64,000 nucleotides of DNA from Mobula hypostoma (GCF_963921235.1 NC_086097.1:65350001-65414000); one strand, 5' to 3'; numbered from the stretch's first letter, positions 13,263-27,014 are shown. Made by a program: numbers and translations. The notes: generated by a model from the letters alone, not told the origin.

Positions 13263-15757
13263 CTTTTCAATATTTTTATTAGTTTCTACATAAAAGAATA
13301 CAGAGTACAAGTATATATAAAAGTCAAAAAAAGACTACCAATTACATTATATCTATTCATAATAACAATCTCATTACTCCATATTCATGTAGGTCAAAGT
13401 CATATTGAAATATACTAATTTATTACAAAAAATGAGTCTAACCCCTACCAAGATCGAAGCCATTTATTAAGGAGAAAAGAAGGTAAAATACCTTCTTGTA
13501 TAATAAAAATTAATAATAACCAACATCTAAATTTAAACAATGAATTGAGGGCTTTGAAAGTTTTGAAAATAATTCAGAAAGGGTCCCCACAATGTTTGAA
13601 AGTCTTGACGAGATTCAGAAATTGAACAACGAATCTTCTCTAAATCTAAGCATGACATAACATCACATAACCATTGAGCACGAGTAGGAGGAGAAGCATC
13701 TTTCCATTTAAACAAAAGCACCCTCCCAGCTATAAGAGAGCTAAAGGCCAAAATATGTAAATCTGATGTCTTCAAATTGATATCTTGTCCTGCAAGAATA
13801 CAGATTAGGGCCATCAGAGGATTAGGCTTGAAATTGACTTTGAAAAGTAAAGAAAAAGTTTGAAAAACTTCCTTCCAGTATTTTTCAAGACATGGACAAG
13901 TCCAAAACATATGAATTAATGAAGCTTCTCCATTATTGCATCTGTCACAGTAGGGAGATATATCTGAATAAAAACGAGATAGCTTATCTTTAGTCATATG
14001 GATTCTATGTACAGTACCACCTTAAATTGTATGAAGGAATGGCGAGCAATAGCGATGACATATTAACCAGTTTAAAAATTTCATTCCAAGTTTCCTCAGA
14101 TATTGACGTCTGTAAGTCTTGTACCCAGAGATTCTTAATTTTTTCTAAAGGAACATTCCTCGTCACCAGTAACATACCATAAATATTAGATATTGAACCA
14201 TTATTAAAAGGTGTCAAATTAAAAATAACATCCAGTAAGTTCTTATCTGAGCTTATAGGAAATGTACATAATTGAGATCTTAGAAAGTCTCTAATTTGTA
14301 GATATCTAAAAAAGTGAGTTTTGGGTAGGCTATATTTAGCTGACAATTGCTCAAATGAAAAAAAAATCTCCTCCAACAAACAAATTCCAAAAACATTTAA
14401 TACCCAACCTGTCCCATTCTTTAAAAACTAAATCAGCCATGGAGGGTTTAAAAAAAATTAGAATAAATGGGACTAGAAAGGGAAAATCTTAATAAACCAA
14501 AATGTTTTCTAGATTGTATCCAGATCCTCAGAGTATGCTTAACTATTAAATTATCAGTTAGTTTACTTACAAACAAAGTAAGTGAGGATCCAAGAAGAGA
14601 AATAATAGAAAATTTATTAACAGAATTAGTTTCTAAAGAAACCCATACTGGACGGTCTACACGATTAATATAATATATCCAGAACGTAAGATATCGTATA
14701 TTAACTGCCCAGTAATAAAACCTAAAATTAGGTAAGACTAAACCTCCAGACTTTTTACGTATTTGAAGATGAACTTTATTTAAACGAGGACATTTATTTT
14801 TCCATATATAAGAGGATAAAATAGATTCAAGAGAGGCAAAAAAGGATTTAGGAATGAAAACAGGTAAAGCCTAAAAAAAAATATATAAATTTAGGTAGAA
14901 TATGCACTTTAATAGAATTAATTCATCCGATCAACGATATTGAAAGAGGTGACCAATCATTTTTACATGGTTCAATAAAACAAGAAAGTTTTCTTTAAAA
15001 AGGTATTTGTAATTCTTAGTGATTGTTACACCCAAATAAGTAAATTGATTCCTTACAATTATAAAAGGAAGATTAGTATTAATTGATACTAAATTATTTA
15101 AAGGAAATAATTCACTCTTATGTAGATTCAATTTATATCCTGAAAATTGGCTAACACGGGAGAGTAAAGAAAGTACACAAGGTAACGAAATCTCAACATT
15201 AGAGATAAAAAGCAATATATCATCAGTGTAAAGCGAGATTTTGTGGGTGATACCTCTCCTTGAAATACCACGGTATCATTAGATTCTCGAAAAGCAATAG
15301 CAAGGGGTTCTAAAACTAAATCAAAAAGCAAAGGACTCAACGGACAGCCTTGTCTAGTTCCACAGTGAAGTTTAAATGGTTTGGAATTTTGAAAATTAGA
15401 AAGAACTCAAGCAGAAGGAGATAATTAAAGTAATTTAATCCATTGAATAAAATCTGGTCCAAAATTAAATTTTTCTAAGGTTTTAAATAAATAATTCCAT
15501 TCAACCCGATCGAAGACCTTCTCAGCATCTAAGGATATCACACATTCTGATATCTCCTGAGAAGGAGAGTAAATAACATTTAATACACAGCGTATCTTAA
15601 AACTGGAATGTTGGTTTTTAATAAATCCAGTCTGATTATCAGAAATAATAGAAGGTAAAATATTTTCAATCCTACAAGCCAGAACTTTAGAAAGAGTTTT
15701 AGTATCTACATTAAGTAATGAAATTAGCCTATATGAAGAGCATTCAGCTGGATCCCC
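13263..15757 (-). mobile_element. L1-clade LINE, 5' truncated, with 14-bp TSD
   Basis: RT ([17 protein letters not shown]) and C-terminal CDRC...LIHMFWTCP zinc knuckle; TSD gcatatataaactt at 13249-13262 and 15758-15771. Confidence 0.92.
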
Positions 15758-15919
15758 GCATATATAAACTTAAATATACCTAATATCCAAATAAACTTAA
15801 TCTACTGAACAGACCTTATCTAATTTGCAAAGAAATGCACAAAATGTTAGTAAATTGAGTAGTCAGAAATTACTACTTTAAAAATAATTATGGTCCCTTC
15901 AGCTCTTTGGGAAAAGAAA

Positions 15920-16150
15920 ACAAGCATTTCACAATGTCAGAAAGTCTTAAAATACTTCACAGCCAATGGAGTTTTATTCTACAATATGATTACTGATTTA
16001 ATGGAGACAGTTATATCAGATAATCTGTGCTATGCATGATATCCCACAAATAGCAAGGCTATACATTATAGTTTTAGTGATATTAGTTGAAAGATTAATA
16101 TCAGCCAAGACATATGGAGGAATTCCTTCCTCTTCTTTGAAATTCGTCCA
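15920..16150 (-). mobile_element. Ancient DeuSINE-like (SacSINE/AmnSINE-type) remnant
   Basis: ttcacagccaatg...atcccacaaa...gttgaaagattaatatcagccaagaca...ctcttctttgaaat resembles the reverse strand of the Deu domain. Confidence 0.45.
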
Positions 16151-17155
16151 AGTCACAAGGTGGGACCAGGGTTTCCTGTCCATTTAAAATGTGGCCCCAT
16201 GAGCCTTTTCAAGGTCAATTCCAAGACTTACCTACAATTTTGGTAAATTTCTTTTTTGCAAAGTGCCAGAATTTCCCTAGTTATTGAACTTTAAAATCCC
16301 TGTTGTGATCTTGGATTCTCTCCAACATTTTCTATTCTTTAATCTCCCCAAGATGCTCATTTCTAGATGCTCCAAATCCCAGGTACTGTCCAGAGATCCT
16401 GTTAAACATCCTTGATTGTTCCAAAACCACAAACCTCTCCCTATTCAGCTGTGAGGTTTAGAATCTCCAAAGAAGTTTGCTGGACTCCAGCACCACACCC
16501 TCAGTGAATTAAACTCCAGGCATCTAACTGAAGTCTGGTACAATTTACGAAATGTTTTAAATTGTATCCTGGGCTTTTCACTTGATTGATAATATTGAGA
16601 ATGATTTTAAAAATACAACATAAGAAAGAAAAATACTGTCACTGCTGATAGGAGGCTAAAATAGAATATTCTGGCAACGCTCAGTATTTCAGGGAGCAGC
16701 GCAGACTGCATTAAGCTATAAAAGTTTGATGAAATGGCTGTGAAAGGTTAATATTACTGGTCAATAAACATTCTTTGCATCCTTTCAGAACATACCCTCA
16801 TCAAAAATATTTAATTTTTATTCTAAAAAGGTAATCTGGATATTCAATCTCCTCAAATTATCAGCTTTGATAATGATATACTAGAACTTACAGCCATAAT
16901 AGACTGGTTACATATAAAAGTTTATCATCCTGGGACTCATCTAGCACAATACAAAAGTTCATTTGATAAGGAACATTTGTGCCTGTTCTTCAGAACCATT
17001 TCATACAAGATTTCAAGGCTTATAGAAACAAAAGTACCACTGATCTGCAGCCTCAAATGTATCAATTATTTATTGGCCCAATTACATGTACTTTTAGCAA
17101 TAATCAAACCAGTGATTTTGGGACCACACTTCAGTCCCCAAGTAACTTATGAATG

Positions 17156-17910
17156 GTCAACTGTTTACTCTTTTCCATAGATGCTGCCTAGCTTGCCGAG
17201 TTCCTCCAGCATTTTTTGTGTTTTGCTTGGATTGCCAGCATCTGCAGATTTCTCTCCGGTGATGAATATCAGTCATCTGTCAAGAAGGGGACCGTGCATA
17301 ATTCTGATTTGATGGAGGCAGACGTGAGAGTATGGAGGAACATCTGGAAAATTTCTGAAATGCCCGCTTCGCTGCCGCTGCTACTGTGTGGTAACCAGAA
17401 TCTCTGGAACAGAAGGCCCCGAAATCCTCGGTTTTGCTTGTTTCAGCGGCCGGGGCGAGGTCGCAGGCACTCGGCCGAGGATGGTGCTCGGGAGGCTGTA
17501 TCGGAGAGGCAGGTCAGAGGCTCAAGTTTTCCAACGGTGGACTCAGTGTCGGCTGTGGTCGGCTGCTTCCAAGGCATCGGCAAGTTGACGGTGCCTGGAG
17601 GTTTATGGCAGGGAGTTTCTCCCTTTTGCCGCCGCTGTTGGGGACTCGGGAGTCGATCAACTCAGGGACTTTTGAGACTTTTTTTTTACTGTGCCCATGG
17701 TTTGTTCTTCATCAAATTATGGTATTGCTTTGCACTGCTGTAACTATATGTTATAATTATGTGGTTCTGTCAGTGTTAGTCTTTGGTTTGTCCTGTTTCC
17801 TGTGATATCACTCCGGAGAAACACTGTATCATTTCTTAATGCATGTATGCATTTCTAAATGACAATAAAAGAGGAATGAGTGTTCTCATAATCTAATTTT
17901 CTCTTGTTTA
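17156..17910 (+). mobile_element. PLE-type tail (17156-17254, resuming 17897-17910) interrupted by a ~640-bp CpG-rich non-autonomous element
   Basis: ccatagatgctgcc...ccagcatctgcagatttctc is split and continues ttttctcttgttt; the insert is CpG-rich and ends gacaataaaa...ataatctaat. Confidence 0.65.
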
Positions 17911-18017
17911 TCAATGGTCATGTCTAATAGCATTGTTTAAGATTGTCTGATGGGCCTGTCTTTGTGTCCAAACTGATGAGGGTCTAGTTTTTGGTATAAC
18001 TCTAAATTACCAATGGT

Positions 18018-18255
18018 CAGAATCAGAATCAGGTATATTATTACTGTTTTATGTACTGTGAATTATTTTGTGGCAACACTGCAGTGCAAAGACATAAAGT
18101 TACTATAAATTACAAATAGATAGTGCAAAAAAAAGGTGTTGTTCCTGGGCCATTCAGAAATCTGTTGGCAAAGGGAAAAAAGCTGTTTCTGGATCATTGA
18201 GTGTGGGTCTTCTGGCTCCTGTACTTCCTTCATGATGGTAAAGAAGAGGGTATTT
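18018..18255 (-). mobile_element. Rex1/Babar-type 3' end fragment
   Basis: (cagaat)n tail, same as the 3' end of the copy at 59050-60545 in reverse. Confidence 0.6.
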
Positions 18256-19524
18256 TCTCAGTCAATTTTTTTGGGTATTCAATATTTTAACTGCTAATAT
18301 ACTTGAGTCTGATGAAATGTAATTTTGCATTCTTCAGTATTTTCCTTTCCTCAGCTTCTGTCTCCCCTCAACCAACCCTGTGGCTCACACCAAGTTTGTG
18401 ATTCTTCTGTGATCTGAATAAATCAACCCACCATTCAGCAATTCAGGTAAACAACTCATATTAATGTGAAATGAAAACAGAAAATGCTGGAAGATCTTAG
18501 CAAGTCAGGTAGCTGCTCTGGAAAAAAAGACTTTTGGTAATGGACTTCAAATTTCCAGCATCTGCAGTTTTTTTAAAAAATTCACATCTACATTGCATGG
18601 ATTATTGGCAGTGAAGGACTTCCACAAACACAAAGACAAGGAGGTTTGAGCTCAATGAGAGCTCACCGCCAGAATAGGGGAATCTGGAAAGCTGGAGGGT
18701 TACCAGTTTAGCAATCAGAAAGGGCCTCTACTGTGCCACTGAACTCCTAACACAAAACATTGGTTGAGAGCCCTGTGGGTTAGATGATCTAACCCAGCAT
18801 GTATATTTCTCACGTACTAGGAAAACTTCGACTGAAGAATCAAACATTTTTTGGGAATCAGTAAGAAAAAAAAAAGTTACAGTTGTACTGCATAGCACTT
18901 TAACCAGGAAATAGACAAAATGTTTCATGCTGAGTGCCAGTAATTTTTCACTCAGTCAACAGACAATTATGCTTCATTTGCATCTTTTACAAACTATAAC
19001 CCTGTATTCATGAAGGAAATACTGTAATTCACTACCACTAATGAGACAACCTGAACATAGTCAACATAAATAAAAACCGTTTCCCTGGATAATTGCAATC
19101 AAAATGCTGTAAGGCAGTAAAAAGAGAAACATGTTTTATTTAACAAGAAAAACACATAAGCTCTAAATTTCCATTAGCAGGTTCTTGTACATTTAAAGAC
19201 ATTTTACATTTGTGAGCCCAAATTACTGGAGCATGTTAATCAGAGAAAATACATACAATGTCCCTACCAACTGCTAATTTTGTCCTCATAGCTACAGTAT
19301 TTATTCTATCTTCAATAATAATTGACTTCTTTGTGTACTGGGATGAAGTCATACCCTCTGTGAAATGGAATTCCAGCTACTATTTTTGTGATTAGTGTGT
19401 GGATATTCACCTTTTTCGCTAGGTTAGCACATTGCTGGTGAGCTGTTTTCTCTTCTCCTTCACTTCAGCCTTAATCAATACTCGAAGACATTGAGATAGT
19501 TCAATGTTACCTCAAAAAAAGATC

Positions 19525-19566
19525 TGAGCACATATTACTGCTAATTGAGCACATATTACTGCTAAT
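19525..19566. repeat. Perfect 21-bp tandem duplication
   Basis: tgagcacatattactgctaat x2. Confidence 0.95.
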
Positions 19567-22275
19567 TAGAAAACAGCAATAATAAACTCTTAGAAATGAT
19601 TGTCCACATTAAGATAACACCACCTCCTGACATAGTTTTTGATGTCACTGCATGGATTGTTTCACTTCAACAGGCACTACACAAATGTACACAGTCAAAT
19701 ATCAAATCTGATATATAAATTCAGGTTCCGATTTAACAAGTGAACAGATAATTTGATACTTCGGCAAGTTCTAAACAATATATAAAATGAGAGACAAGGC
19801 TTATTAATTCTCAATGTCAATTGAATACTAAAATATTCAGATATAGCAGTTGGAGAAAATTATAATCCACATCAAAGAGTGCAAGAGGCAGGTCTAGAGT
19901 GACCAGAAGCAAAGAAACAAAAAGCTATACCATAATGCTAGACAGCAATGAGGCAAACATCTGACAGGCAGCTGGTGCCATGATCTGAGTGGGAGCCCAA
20001 ATCCTTTGGCAACAATGCAATGCATGTGTGTAGATCAAACACTAAGTACATCAAAATGTGCTGTTTATTCAAGCAATCAATGAACTTAAGGAGAAAAGAA
20101 AGCAGAACTTTCTATAACAAACAATATTAAACATTTTTGATGACAGTTATGAAATATAAGCATAGAAAGATTTTTAAGTTGCTGAGTATTGCCTCAGATA
20201 TATGAGTATTACACTGAAGCAGAAATACAACAATATTTATGTGGAATTACAAGCTCTGGATCTAATCTCAATACATAATAAAGAGAATGTTTTGAAAACT
20301 GTTTTGCCACTATATGACAGCAATGGTCAAAGAACAATTAATCTTTCTCTGCAATTATAGAGATTTCATGTGAATATATACAATATATTAAAGTTATAAG
20401 GGTTAGCCAAATAGCAAAATAAATTTTCCTTGAATTGCAAACATAAAATAATAAATGATTTCATGAGGGAGACGTCAGTTTGGAGCAATAAATGACCTCA
20501 CTCGACAAACTGGCAGAAAACGAAGCACAAGCATGGAATACCATCAGAATATGCAACACATGATCTCATGCACGCATACTTAAACAAAAATGTGAAATGC
20601 CAATTTCATCCTGAACACAGTCTTAAGATCATTGCTCTTGGCCTGTCAAGGACAGATCTTTGCCAATGTTGCAATGATCAGGAGGCAAAATCCACAAAAG
20701 TTTTGAAAAAGAATCAGTTGAAGTAGTACTGATGAAAACATCAAAACGAAACCTCCTCAAGACAGGAAATCCTCGCACTTCTGAAACATCTTCCATCAAG
20801 GAGGGAAGCTGCAAAAGTGAAAACTTTATCCACTTCATCATAATGCACAGAGACGGCTTTGAAGCAGCAGCTGCCCACCATAAATTTCACTGACCCTCAC
20901 AGACATTCACTGTGCTTGCCAACTGTTTTCTCTGTGGAGCTTCAGCTCAGCATTACATCCAAGTCACAGCACCTGACAAAACTAAGCAGTCCTACAATGT
21001 AAGAATTTAAAGGCCTCATTGTTGTTGTTATTTTCCTACCGGACAAGCAGAAAGGCACGAAGTCACACAACAGAGGAGTAAAGAAGCTGTAAAAAGATCT
21101 AAATCATGGTAGAATCTTAAAAAGCGACAGCATTTGTAGACTAAGTTCACAACTGTCCAAGCTGAATAAAGATCATACCCAAATATTCAATTATTTGATT
21201 TTTATCTTATTTCCAAAGTTTAAACATTAACCATGCATCACTTTTAAATGAATTGCCCCAAGTTACAATAACCAAAAGGCAATTGTGATTTATTACAAGA
21301 AAATTCCTGCGTTTTTTTTTACATTGTCTATTATTTGCAACCAATGATTACAACTCAATGTTTCAGTATGAGCCCATCACTGAAAATAGTCTGTCAATAA
21401 TAGTGGGCAAAAAAGCAAAACACTGATATGTACAGCTTAAGATACATAAATGTTGCATTTTTATATGTATAAACTCTTAAACCTGCCCTTCTCTGAAGTC
21501 ATGCTCTGAACTTATCAATTAGAACCTGATAAGCACAGCATCCATATAAAAATAATTAAGTTGAAAGTATAGGTCTACAGTTATAATTCTGACTCCAAAC
21601 CAAAGGAAACTGATTTTAGAAAGACCAAATATTTATTTATTAAAACAAATTTTCTGAAGGCGGTAAATTATATCCTCATTGTGCTTTTGAACCGCATTAA
21701 AGTTCCATCTTAAATGACACCTATTATACTTCAGTGTTCCATTTTATGAGAAGACTAATAAAAGAGCATTTAAATATGTAATGTGTAACACCAGTTGTGT
21801 GGCCATTCAGTTGGTGGTGCATATGTAAACGGTCTGACCATCAAGTTAATGGGGCATTGCATTAACTGGTGGAGGCCAGCTGGCAGTTATTTCTGCAACT
21901 GCCAGCATTAATAGACATTTCTGATCAGAAGATAAACAAATAGGCCAAGGCATTTTCAACTGGACCCAGCCTTCGCTCCTTTGACAATGTACTTTTGACT
22001 GAGAATATCTCCTTTGCACCAGTGAGCAGACCCCATCAACAATGATCCAGGTATATTCGCATGAGTCAGCATAACAAGACTCAGCACTCTATAATTATAA
22101 ATCTTAACAAAAATCTAAATTTCAGCAATTCTTATTTTTAATTCCTCTTCCCTATCAATGAAAAATAACCTCAGAAAGTTTCCAAATTGTGTGGACAATC
22201 TGCAATGCAGCTTTAAGCCTGAGGAACAAACGGAAAATCTACCAGGGATTTAGAAGGGTAGATGGCAATTGGTCA

Positions 22276-25145
22276 AACATAAAACATAGAACAGTACAGC
22301 ACATTACACACCCTTCGGCCCACAATATTGTGCCGACCCTCAAACCCTGCCTCCCATAAAACCCCCCACCTTAAATTCCTCCATATACCTGTCTAGTAGT
22401 CTCTTAAACTTCACTAGTGTATCTGCCTCCACCACTGACTCAGGCAGTGAATTCAACGGACCAACCACTCTCTGAGTAAAAAGCCCTCCTCTAATATCCC
22501 CTTTGAACTTCCCACCCCTTACCTTAAAGCCATGTCCTCTTGTATTGAGCAGTTGTGCCCTGGGGAAGAGGCACTAGCTATCCACTCTACCTATTCCTCT
22601 TATTACCTTGTACACCTCTATCATGTCTCCTCTCATCCTCCTTCTCTCCAAAGAGTAAAGCCCAAGCTCCCTTAATCTCTGATCACATTCCATGCTCTCT
22701 AAACCAGGCAGCATCCTGGTAAATCTCCTCTGTACCCTTTCCAATACTTCCACATCCTTCCTATAGTGCAGCGACCAGAACTGGACACAGTACTCTAAGT
22801 GTGGCCTAACTAGAGTTTTGTAGAGCAGCATCATTATATCGTGACTCTTAAAACTCGATCCCTCGACTTATGAAAGCTAACACCCCATATGCTTTCTTAA
22901 CTACCCTATCTACCTGTGAGGCAACTATCAGGGATCTGTGAACATGTACCCGCAGATCCCTCTGCTCCTCCAATTACCATGTATCCTGCTATTTACTTTG
23001 TACTCTGCCTTGGAGTTTGTCCTTCCAAAGTGTACCACCTCACACTTCTCCGGGTTGAACTCCATCTGCCACTTCTCAGCCCACTTCTGCATCCTATCAA
23101 TATCTCTCTGCAATCTTCGACAATCCTCTACACTACCTACAACACCACCAAACTTTGTGTCGTCTGCAAACTTGCCAACCCACCCTTCTACCCCAACATC
23201 CAGGTCATTAATAAAAATCACGAAAAGTAGAGGTCCCAGAACCAATCCTTGTGGGACACCACTAGTCACAACCCTCCAATCCAAATATACTCCCTCCACC
23301 ATGACCCTCTGCTCTTTGCAGGCAAGCCAATTCTGAATCCACCTGGACAAACTTCCATGGATCCCATGCCTTCTGACTTTCTGAATAAGCCTACCGTGTG
23401 GAACCTTGTCAAATGCCTTACATGTGATCTACGTGTGATCCATGTAGATCACATCCACTGCACTACCCTCATCTATATGCCTGGTCACCTCCTCAAAGAA
23501 CTTTATCAGGCTTGTTAGACACGATCTGCCCTTCACAAAGCCATGCTGACTGTCCCTGATCAGACCATGATTCGCTAAATGCCCACAGATCCTATCTCTA
23601 AGAATCTTTTCCAACAGCTTTCCCACCACAGACGTAAGGCTCGCTGGTCTATAATTACCCGGACTATCCCTACTACCTTTTTTGAACAAGGGGACAACAT
23701 TCGCCTCCCTCCAATCCTCCGGTACCATTCCCGTGGACAACGAGAACATAAAGATCCTAGCCAGTGGCTCAGCAATCTCTTCCCTCGCCTCGTGGAGCAG
23801 CCTGGGGAATATTCCATCAGGCCCCGGGGACTTATCCGTCCTAATGTATTTTAGCAACTCCAACACCTCCTCTCCCTTAATATCAACATGCTCCAAAACA
23901 TCAACCTTACTCATATTGTCCTCGTCATCAAGTTCTCTCTCATTGGTGAATACCGAAGAGAAGTATTCATTGAGGATCTCGCTCACTTCCACAGCCTCCA
24001 GGCACATCTTCCCACCTTTATCTCTAATCGGTCCTACCTTCACTCCTGTCATCCTTTTCTTCTTCACATAATTGAAGAATGCCTTGGGGTTTTCCTTTAC
24101 CCTACTCGCCAAGTCCTTCTCATGCCCCCTTCTTGCTCTTCTCAGCCCCTTCTTAAGCTCCTTTCTAGCTTCCCTATATTCCTCAATAGACCCATCTGAT
24201 CCTTGCTTCCTAAACCTCATGTATGCTGCCTTCTTCCACCTGACTAGATTTTCCACCTCACGTCACCCATGGTTCCTTCACCCTACCATTCTTTATCTTC
24301 CTCACCGGGACAAAGTTATCCCTAACATCCTGCAAGAGATCTCTAAACATCGACCACATGTCCACAGTACATTTCCCTGCAAAAACATCCCAATTCACAC
24401 CCGCAAGTTCTAGCCTTTTAGCCTCATAATTTGCCCTTCCCCAATTAAAAATTTTCCTGTCCTCTCTGATTCTATCCTTTTCCATGGTAATGCTAAAGGC
24501 CAGGGAGCAGTGGTCACTGTCCCCCAGATGCTCACCCACTGAGAGATCTGTGACCTGACCCGGTTCATTACCTAGTACTAGATCTAGTATGGCATTCCCG
24601 CTAGTCAGCCTGTCAACATACTGTGACAGGAATCCGTCCTGGACACACTTAACAAACTCTGCCCCATCTAAACCCTTGGAACTAATCAGGTGCCAATCAA
24701 TATTAGGGAAGTTTAAAGTCACCCATGATAACAACCCTGTTATTTTTGCACCTTTCCAAAATCTGCCTCCCAATCTGATCCTCTGTATCTCTGCTGCTAC
24801 AGGGGGTCTATAGAATACCTGCAATAGAGTAACTGCTCCCTTCCTGTTCCTGACTTCTACCCATACTGACTCAAAAGAGGATCCTGCTGCATTACCCACC
24901 CTTTCTGTAGCTGTAATAGTATCCCTGACCAGTAATGCCACCCCTCCTCCCCTGCCCGCCATCCCTTTTAAAGCACTGAAATCCAGGAACATTGAGAATC
25001 CATTCCTGCCCTGGTGCCAGCCAAGTCTCTGTAATGGCCACTACACCATAATTCCATGTATGTATCCAAGCTCTCAGTTCATCACCCTTGTTCCTGATGC
25101 TTCTTGCATTGAGGTACACACACTTTAGCCCTTCTACCTTACTTT
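22276..25145 (-). mobile_element. Young CR1 LINE covering ORF2 (APE endonuclease + RT) with frameshifts
   Basis: ORFs 24892-25119 (YLNARSI, ITETWL), 24258-24992, 23429-24256 (KSPGPDG, QHGF), 22928-23350 (VPQG, FADD) and 22574-22834. Confidence 0.95.
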
Positions 25146-25792
25146 GCTAACAACAATGCTAATCATCATCATGATAATTGTGATCATTCACCTGCCACCT
25201 AAAAAATTATCTATGTATTAGTACTACATTTTCCATCCAGAAGCTGATGACACAGGATGTCCATTGCATCATGATGAAAATTTCATTGACTGAGATTAGT
25301 CAACTTACCAGAGATAGAACTTAGATATTGCGGTTCTCTGTGGCTTATTACTAGTTCATTTGAATTGATTGACTAAAGCTTTAGGAAGAAATAAGCTTGA
25401 GGTTCTCCAGTGAAGTTGGTTTTCTCGATGACTTTGGGACCGATTACTGCCTAAACTGCTCTAACATGATCTCAAAAGCATCAACAACAGAAACACTGCC
25501 ACAACTGCAACAATGTCAAAGCTCTCCAAGGTTGTCACTTCACAAAGAATGCCTCACCAGCACCCTGTTAAACTCTTTGAGAACAGGAGCCACATACAAT
25601 CCATAACTCATAGGCTATCCTGAAGTCCATTATAATTGATATCTGTGAAAGACGCTTGGATTCTTTATATTATTGGATTAATCCTTTATTCTTTATAATT
25701 ATTAAATATTGTTTTTTTTGTTGCATGTTGAGCCCTGACCAACATACCACAGCAAATTCGGAGTAAACATAAATATATATGGCAAATATATG

Positions 25793-26347
25793 TCAGACCC
25801 CACTTGGAGTACTGTGCTCAGTTCTGGTCGCCTCACTACAGGCAGGATGTGGAAGCCATAGAAAGGGTGCAGAGGAGATTTACAAGGATGTTGCCTGGAC
25901 TGGGGAGCACGCCTTATGAAAACAGGATGAGTGAACTTGGCCTTTTCTCCTTGGAGCGACAGAGGATGAGAGGTGACCTGATAGAGGTGTATAAGATGAT
26001 GAGAGGCATTGATCATGCGGATAGTCAGAGGCTTTTTACAATGGCTGAAATGGTTGCCACAAGAGGACACAGGTTTAGGGTGCTGGGGAGCAGGTACAGA
26101 GGAGATGTCAGGGGTAAGTTTTTTACGCAGAGAGTGGTGAGTGCGTGGAATGGGCTGCCGGCAATGGTGGTGGTGGTGGATACGATAGGGTCTTTTAAGA
26201 GACTTCTGGATAGGTACATGGAGCTTAGCAAAATAGAGGGCTATGGGTAAGCCTAGTAATTTCTAAGGTAGGGACATGTTCGGCACAACTTTGTGGGCCG
26301 AAGGGCCTGTATTGTGCTGTAGGTTTTCTATGTATTGTATGCTTCTA
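25793..26347 (+). mobile_element. CR1 LINE 3' fragment
   Basis: ORF 25804-26250 is the CR1 C-terminus; 3' UTR ends in ttctatg-type repeats. Confidence 0.9.
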
Positions 26348-26705
26348 AATAAAGTTAATCTCTGATCCTCAACCAAGAAGAACTAGAATTCATTTGACAA
26401 GAATGATCAGGAGAATGAGCAGCAAATCAAAGGTATTCCAGGATCAGAAGCTTCACTTTTCCTCAAAGGAAAAGAAAAAATTCCTGTAAGTACCTAAAAG
26501 CAGAGGTTTAGTAGTTAACCAGTGACCAAATGAACAAACGGTGGCAGAAAGAGAGTTGGAATCTTACTATCTCACGACTATATGTATTATCAAGGCCTAA
26601 ACATAAAAGTTCCCACTCCACTGACAGCCAAGAAATGAAATGTGAATTTATTAAGGTTGAAAATGAAGTCAATATCTATGTTCACAAAACTGCATCACCG
26701 CTCCT

Positions 26706-26926
26706 GTTGTTGTTGTTGTTTCCTGCCTTTGAGTCGTCATCAACTCAGGGCGACGCTACGGACAGTGTCATTGTCCATAGGGTTTTCGTGTCAAGAAACG
26801 GAAATAGATCGTCAGGTCTTTCTTCCATGCAGATACTGCTGCAGCCCTGCTTTTGACCCAGCCAGATTCAAACAGGACCATCTGCCTCGAAGTCCAGTGC
26901 TGATGCCACTACACCACCAGCTAGCC
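26706..26926 (-). mobile_element. tRNA-derived SINE with RTE-type tail and 13-bp TSD
   Basis: Same head and body as 3737-3947; (aac)n tail; TSD catcaccgctcct (26693-26705) / catcactactcct (26927-26939). Confidence 0.8.
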
Positions 26927-27014
26927 CATCACTACTCCTATACTTTCTCAATCTTTCCTACTTTGTCTCCCATGAAGCACCTATGAAGTGTGGAGCGAAT
27001 ATTCAAGCCCTCTT

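Noticed and set aside
17216..17805. Overlapping plus-strand ORFs of 175 and 123 aa
   Set aside because: Stop-poor GC-rich repeat with no recognisable domain
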